Positions 60,399 to 64,000 of a DNA stretch of 64,000 bases are shown here, one piece after another; the stretch's first letter is position 1; each line of letters opens with the position of its first letter. A program made the translations under genes and the position numbers. Under the pieces are notes generated by a model, which made no database searches, was not told the origin of the DNA, and was given only the letters and a program-made list of their open reading frames with translations. This DNA comes from Acholeplasmataceae bacterium UBA2284 (GTDB lineage: Bacteria; Bacillota_I; Bacilli_A; Acholeplasmatales; Acholeplasmataceae), in assembly GCA_002345705.1 (NCBI GenBank), contig DDWO01000023.1, positions 69,009-133,008 of the forward strand. The letters run 5' to 3'.

Positions 60399-60472
60399 AG
60401 GGCTATAGCCAAGCGGTAAGGCAGTAGGCTCTGACCCTGCGATCGTTGGTTCGAATCCAGCTAGCCCTGCCA
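60399..60472 (+). tRNA. tRNA-Gln (CTG)
   Basis: AGGGCTA/TAGCCCT acceptor stem; GTAGG-CTCTGAC-CCTGC; encoded CCA. Confidence 0.95.
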
Positions 60473-60558
60473 CTTATAAATTAGGAACTTAGGTTCTTTT
60501 TTTATTTTTAAAAGTAAATTATTGGATTTCTTTCTACCATAAAGCAGGAGGAAACAAT

Positions 60559-62109
60559 ATGAAAAAAATAATGACTTTTGTTTTACTATGCTTTATATTT
60601 GTTATATTTGGAAAATTGAATTCAAATGCAGGTCAGTATGATAATTTACCAAAGGGGAAAAATTATTTAAGTTTAAGCAATGTTTTGGTTCTTGAAACTC
60701 CAGAATATTATGCGCAAACCATCGAACCTATTCGTGTTAAAAATCATACAGCCTATACTCTAGTTTTTGATTTTGAATTTTTAGGTCAGCTAACGATGGA
60801 CTTAAGTAGTGTTTTTGTTGAGATTGAAGAAGACAGTGGAGTCAATCATAGCAACTATATTACCGAAGATCGTCTAAATGAGCGCGCATATTTTGAATTT
60901 ACGACATCGGATGAATGGATTCATATCGCATTCATGCCTAATGGAAACACAAATGGATATAATGCGATGCTCTATGAGGGAACATACCAAGACTTTGATG
61001 GCTTTTTACCTTATGTGAATTCTTCAGAGATAATGAGTTATCAAGGATTAATTCCAATGGACTATGATCATCCATTAACTATCGATCAAATCAAGAGTTA
61101 TGTCACAGCTTATAATTCACAAGGATATGCGATTGCATATGATGTAATCTCTGATTCCTATTCTGCAAGCTCTAAGCTTCCAGGTACCTATCAAATGACA
61201 TTTCAGGCGACTCATAACTTAATAACTAAAAGATATATATTAGATATTAAAATTTTCGATTTAACAAGTCCAATCATATCGGTACCTAATTTAATCGAAA
61301 TACCACTCGCTGAAAAGATTGATGTCAATCAGATCAAATCATTTCTTGAGGTGACAGATAACGTAGATATTATGGATAGCGCTAATCTTTCTATATTAAA
61401 TGACACATACACAAGCGCGACAACCGTAGGAACCTATTATGTCTTATTTGAAGCAAGTGATTTAAGTGGAAATAAATCAACTTTGGAGGTACCTGTAACC
61501 TTAGTTGATAAAAAAGGACCTGTTATTACTGGTCCGCAAATGATTTATTTATATACAACTGATACTCCACTGTCAAATAGTTCTATATTATCTAAATATA
61601 AGGCAGTTGATGATGTTGATGGCAGTGTGAGTGTCTCTATATCTTATAACCTTTACAATCAGACCTTGACACCAGGAACTTATCAAATGACAATTTCTTC
61701 TTCAGATGCTCAGCTGAATACAACAAATAAAAATATAACAATTCATGTAATTGAGAATAAAGGTCCAATATTTGAGACGAACGAAAAGATAATTGAAAAA
61801 TCAGTTGCTGATACAATGACAGATGCAGAAATCATAGCTTGGTTTAAGGGACAACTTGAGCTCTCAGGAATTCAAGCGACCAACTTAAATATCATATTTA
61901 GTGAATATAAGGATAATGAAAAGTTAAGTGGAAGCTATTATGTTTATCTATCTTATGAATCCAATGGATTAACTGAAACTACAAGAGTTAGAATAGATGT
62001 CATAGAAGATGAAAATATGATTCCATTTACACTGTATATATCGATTGCTTCAGGACTTTTAATTGCTGGTTTAGGCATTACTTACTACGTAAAAAAGAAA
62101 AGAATATAA
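60559..62109 (+). CDS. Surface protein with tandem Ig-like repeats and C-terminal membrane anchor
   Basis: Signal peptide; repeats with D...P.I, TDNVD/VDDVDG, GTY.V...ASD.SGN; TM helix followed by KKKRI. Confidence 0.75.
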   Translation: MKKIMTFVLLCFIFVIFGKLNSNAGQYDNLPKGKNYLSLSNVLVLETPEYYAQTIEPIRVKNHTAYTLVFDFEFLGQLTMDLSSVFVEIEEDSGVNHSNYITEDRLNERAYFEFTTSDEWIHIAFMPNGNTNGYNAMLYEGTYQDFDGFLPYVNSSEIMSYQGLIPMDYDHPLTIDQIKSYVTAYNSQGYAIAYDVISDSYSASSKLPGTYQMTFQATHNLITKRYILDIKIFDLTSPIISVPNLIEIPLAEKIDVNQIKSFLEVTDNVDIMDSANLSILNDTYTSATTVGTYYVLFEASDLSGNKSTLEVPVTLVDKKGPVITGPQMIYLYTTDTPLSNSSILSKYKAVDDVDGSVSVSISYNLYNQTLTPGTYQMTISSSDAQLNTTNKNITIHVIENKGPIFETNEKIIEKSVADTMTDAEIIAWFKGQLELSGIQATNLNIIFSEYKDNEKLSGSYYVYLSYESNGLTETTRVRIDVIEDENMIPFTLYISIASGLLIAGLGITYYVKKKRI

Positions 62110-62124
62110 TATTTTGAAAAAGAA

Positions 62125-62153
62125 TTGACACCTTTTGAAAAAAAAGGTATAAT
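62125..62153 (+). promoter_or_regulatory. sigma-A promoter of tRNA-Leu
   Basis: TTGACA (62125)-17 nt-TATAAT (62148), perfect consensus. Confidence 0.88.
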
Positions 62154-62162
62154 TCTTTTTGC

Positions 62163-62247
62163 GCGGGTGTGGCGAAATTGGCAGACGCACTAGACTTAGG
62201 ATCTAGCGCCGCAAGGCGTGCAGGTTCAACTCCTGTCACCCGCACCA
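62163..62247 (+). tRNA. tRNA-Leu (TAG)
   Basis: GCGGGTG/CACCCGC acceptor stem; CTAGA-CTTAGGA-TCTAG; long variable arm GCC-GCAA-GGC; A73 and CCA. Confidence 0.97.
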
Positions 62248-62258
62248 CTATAAAGATT

Positions 62259-62317
62259 AAAGCATTCATCAGTAGTTAGTATATGACATATACGAAATCT
62301 ACAGTAATGCTTTTTTT
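62259..62317 (+). terminator. Long hairpin/terminator after tRNA-Leu
   Basis: aaagcatt...gtag..gtatatg-a-catatac..ctac..aatgcttt followed by a T tract. Confidence 0.6.
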
Positions 62318-62443
62318 ATTTTTTTATACTCCAAATGAACCCTTTTATTCATTTAAATTCCATGTTATAATACAACTAGTCTTTAAAAAACGATTCTAAG
62401 TTACTTAGAAGTAAATAAAATTCAATCATAATGAGGGGTATTT

Positions 62444-64000
62444 ATGAAAAGAATAATTGTTTTTCTCAGTTTATTTTTTTATTTGTTCTTAATTACATCA
62501 TGCAAACAAGAAACCCAAATTGAAGTCAATTCCAATAACTTTGAATCCTTCTATGAAGTTTCCTACGAAACAATCTTTGAAGAGGATACATTCAAAGTTG
62601 TTGTTCAGTTTACACCGAAGCATCAATTTAAAGTATTAGAGGGAGATTTCGAGCTTTCTATATTTCTTAGATCATATGATTTAGATACCATTCACGTGAT
62701 TGAAAAAAATAAAACTATATCCTTTGAAGATATTGCAAATGTTATTTTTAGAGAATCTATCGATGAAGATATATTGCTTATTGAAGTATATGACTATGCG
62801 ATTAAAAATGCTGCATTGACGCTTGAAACATCAGCAGACATTGTCATCCAAGAAAGAACTTATGAAACTCCTCAAATGAGTTCATATCCTTTATGGTTTA
62901 GTATCGAAAATGCAACTAAAAACAATGAAATTTATCAAGAAATTGATCAAAAAATAAATGCTTTCCGAAGCAATCAAAATCAATTTGAATATGAAATATT
63001 AACCTATATCTCAATGGATGATGGTAAAGAGGTTGTCGATTTTTCAATTGATCAGCAAACATTGATTCAATTATCTCCACTTTATCTAGAAACAGACATG
63101 GAAGGTATTCGTCAAATTATTACGGAGATGAACCAAAAAATGGTTCTAGTCTTCTTATCTAGTGAACCGGATTATAACGGATATTACCTCTATTCACCTA
63201 TAGATTTAGGGGATACAATAGATAATCAGAATCCAACAGAGGATATTCATTTTGACCCTGCTCTCATGAGATTCAGTAAATTAAATAATCGCTTATACCA
63301 TTTTATAACTAAAGCATCAGATTATTTAACAGAAGAGGATGTTCAAGAAATTGAGTATTTATATGGTAATAAGGCTAATCAACTATTCAACAATTTATAT
63401 ATGCAGGGGCAAATTGAATTTGCTAACGATTATTTGATGATTTCCTATGGATTAAGTATGGGTGATGATGATCTTCAAATGAAAATGATGATTTCGATGA
63501 AAATGACAAAAACTGAGTTTACTCCTATCGATCTTTCTGATTCATCACAATACAAGCTTCAAGCACCTACTATGATTGAATTGGCTTCTATACCATCTCC
63601 AATAGATGAAAATATTGATGGTGTAATGGATGGTAGTGGTCTATATTATAAGTTTGAATTGGAAAAGGGGAGCTATATTATTGAATCCGAATTTAATACG
63701 TTTGGTGGAATGCAATATCAGCTTTTTAATGAAAATTACCAAGAGATATATTTAGGGATAGTAGACTCAAAAACTAGCATGAGAAGCCTAGGTGTCAATC
63801 ATGAATATGTACTCATTCGGGAGTCTGGAACATATTATCTAAAGGTATCCTATGCAATTTATAACAACATGTTTAATTTCAAGCTCTCCAAACTCGATTT
63901 TGATTTATTAGATAATGATCATGGCACATTTATATCTAATAATCAAACCTTGTCATATGAGCTCGAGAATGCTTTTGACATATATACTGTTGTTTTTGAT
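62444..64000 (+). CDS. Hypothetical acidic lipoprotein (3'-truncated by the window edge)
   Basis: SD GAGGGG; MKRIIVFLSLFFYLFLITSC lipobox. I translated roughly the first 190 codons without a stop; absence from the ORF track is consistent with running off the edge. Confidence 0.7.
   Translation, partial: MKRIIVFLSLFFYLFLITSCKQETQIEVNSNNFESFYEVSYETIFEEDTFKVVVQFTPKHQFKVLEGDFELSIFLRSYDLDTIHVIEKNKTISFEDIANVIFRESIDEDILLIEVYDYAIKNAALTLETSADIVIQERTYETPQMSSYPLWFSIENATKNNEIYQEIDQKINAFRSNQNQFEYEILTYISMDDGKEVVDFSIDQQTLIQLSPLYLETDMEGIRQIITEMNQKMVLVFLSSEPDYNGYYLYSPIDLGDTIDNQNPTEDIHFDPALMRFSKLNNRLYHFITKASDYLTEEDVQEIEYLYGNKANQLFNNLYMQGQIEFANDYLMISYGLSMGDDDLQMKMMISMKMTKTEFTPIDLSDSSQYKLQAPTMIELASIPSPIDENIDGVMDGSGLYYKFELEKGSYIIESEFNTFGGMQYQLFNENYQEIYLGIVDSKTSMRSLGVNHEYVLIRESGTYYLKVSYAIYNNMFNFKLSKLDFDLLDNDHGTFISNNQTLSYELENAFDIYTVVFD

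Noticed and set aside
62078..62269. 63-aa minus-strand ORF
   Set aside because: Antisense translation of tRNA-Leu (VRVTGVEPAR... is a typical artefact).
1..64000. Genetic code 4 (UGA = Trp) as in mycoplasmas
   Set aside because: All recognisable genes are full length under code 11, conserved Trp residues use TGG, and TGA ends genes at expected positions.
1..64000. CRISPR array, IS element, integrase, prophage or defence system
   Set aside because: No repeat-spacer periodicity, terminal inverted repeats, or transposase, recombinase or phage motifs seen. The lone NERD and CPBP/Abi genes do not amount to a defence system.

Overview
Low-GC bacterial chromosome segment. Standard genetic code (TGA is a stop, Trp is TGG), many lipoproteins and a Firmicutes-type regulatory toolkit (sigma-A promoters, CIRCE, guanine riboswitch, Pho box) suggest an Acholeplasmataceae-like or related Bacillota organism; this placement is an inference. 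From left to right: (1) the 3' part of a pectin/oligogalacturonide locus (PL1 lyase, TogB/M/N-like ABC importer, secreted PL2 lyase, three uncharacterised lipoproteins including a 1467-aa multidomain one); (2) a mixed region with three GGDEF genes, gdhA behind a long structured leader, an Lgt-like gene, a CPBP protease and a GH13 enzyme; (3) a guanine riboswitch and purE-K-L-C-F-M-N-H-D; (4) CIRCE-controlled hsp20, a CBS protein, an arsenic operon, cdaR-gntP-glycerate kinase and an ABC exporter; (5) pstSCAB-phoU-phoPR; (6) five tRNA genes (Trp, His, Gln x2, Leu) interleaved with surface-protein genes. I saw no CRISPR array, IS element, integrase or phage gene. Best candidates for novelty: the lipoprotein-based pectin capture system, a tRNA-Trp(CCA) with a 4-bp anticodon stem, the switch-like gdhA leader and a circularly permuted PstS. 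All calls come from reading motifs by eye; no searches were run.
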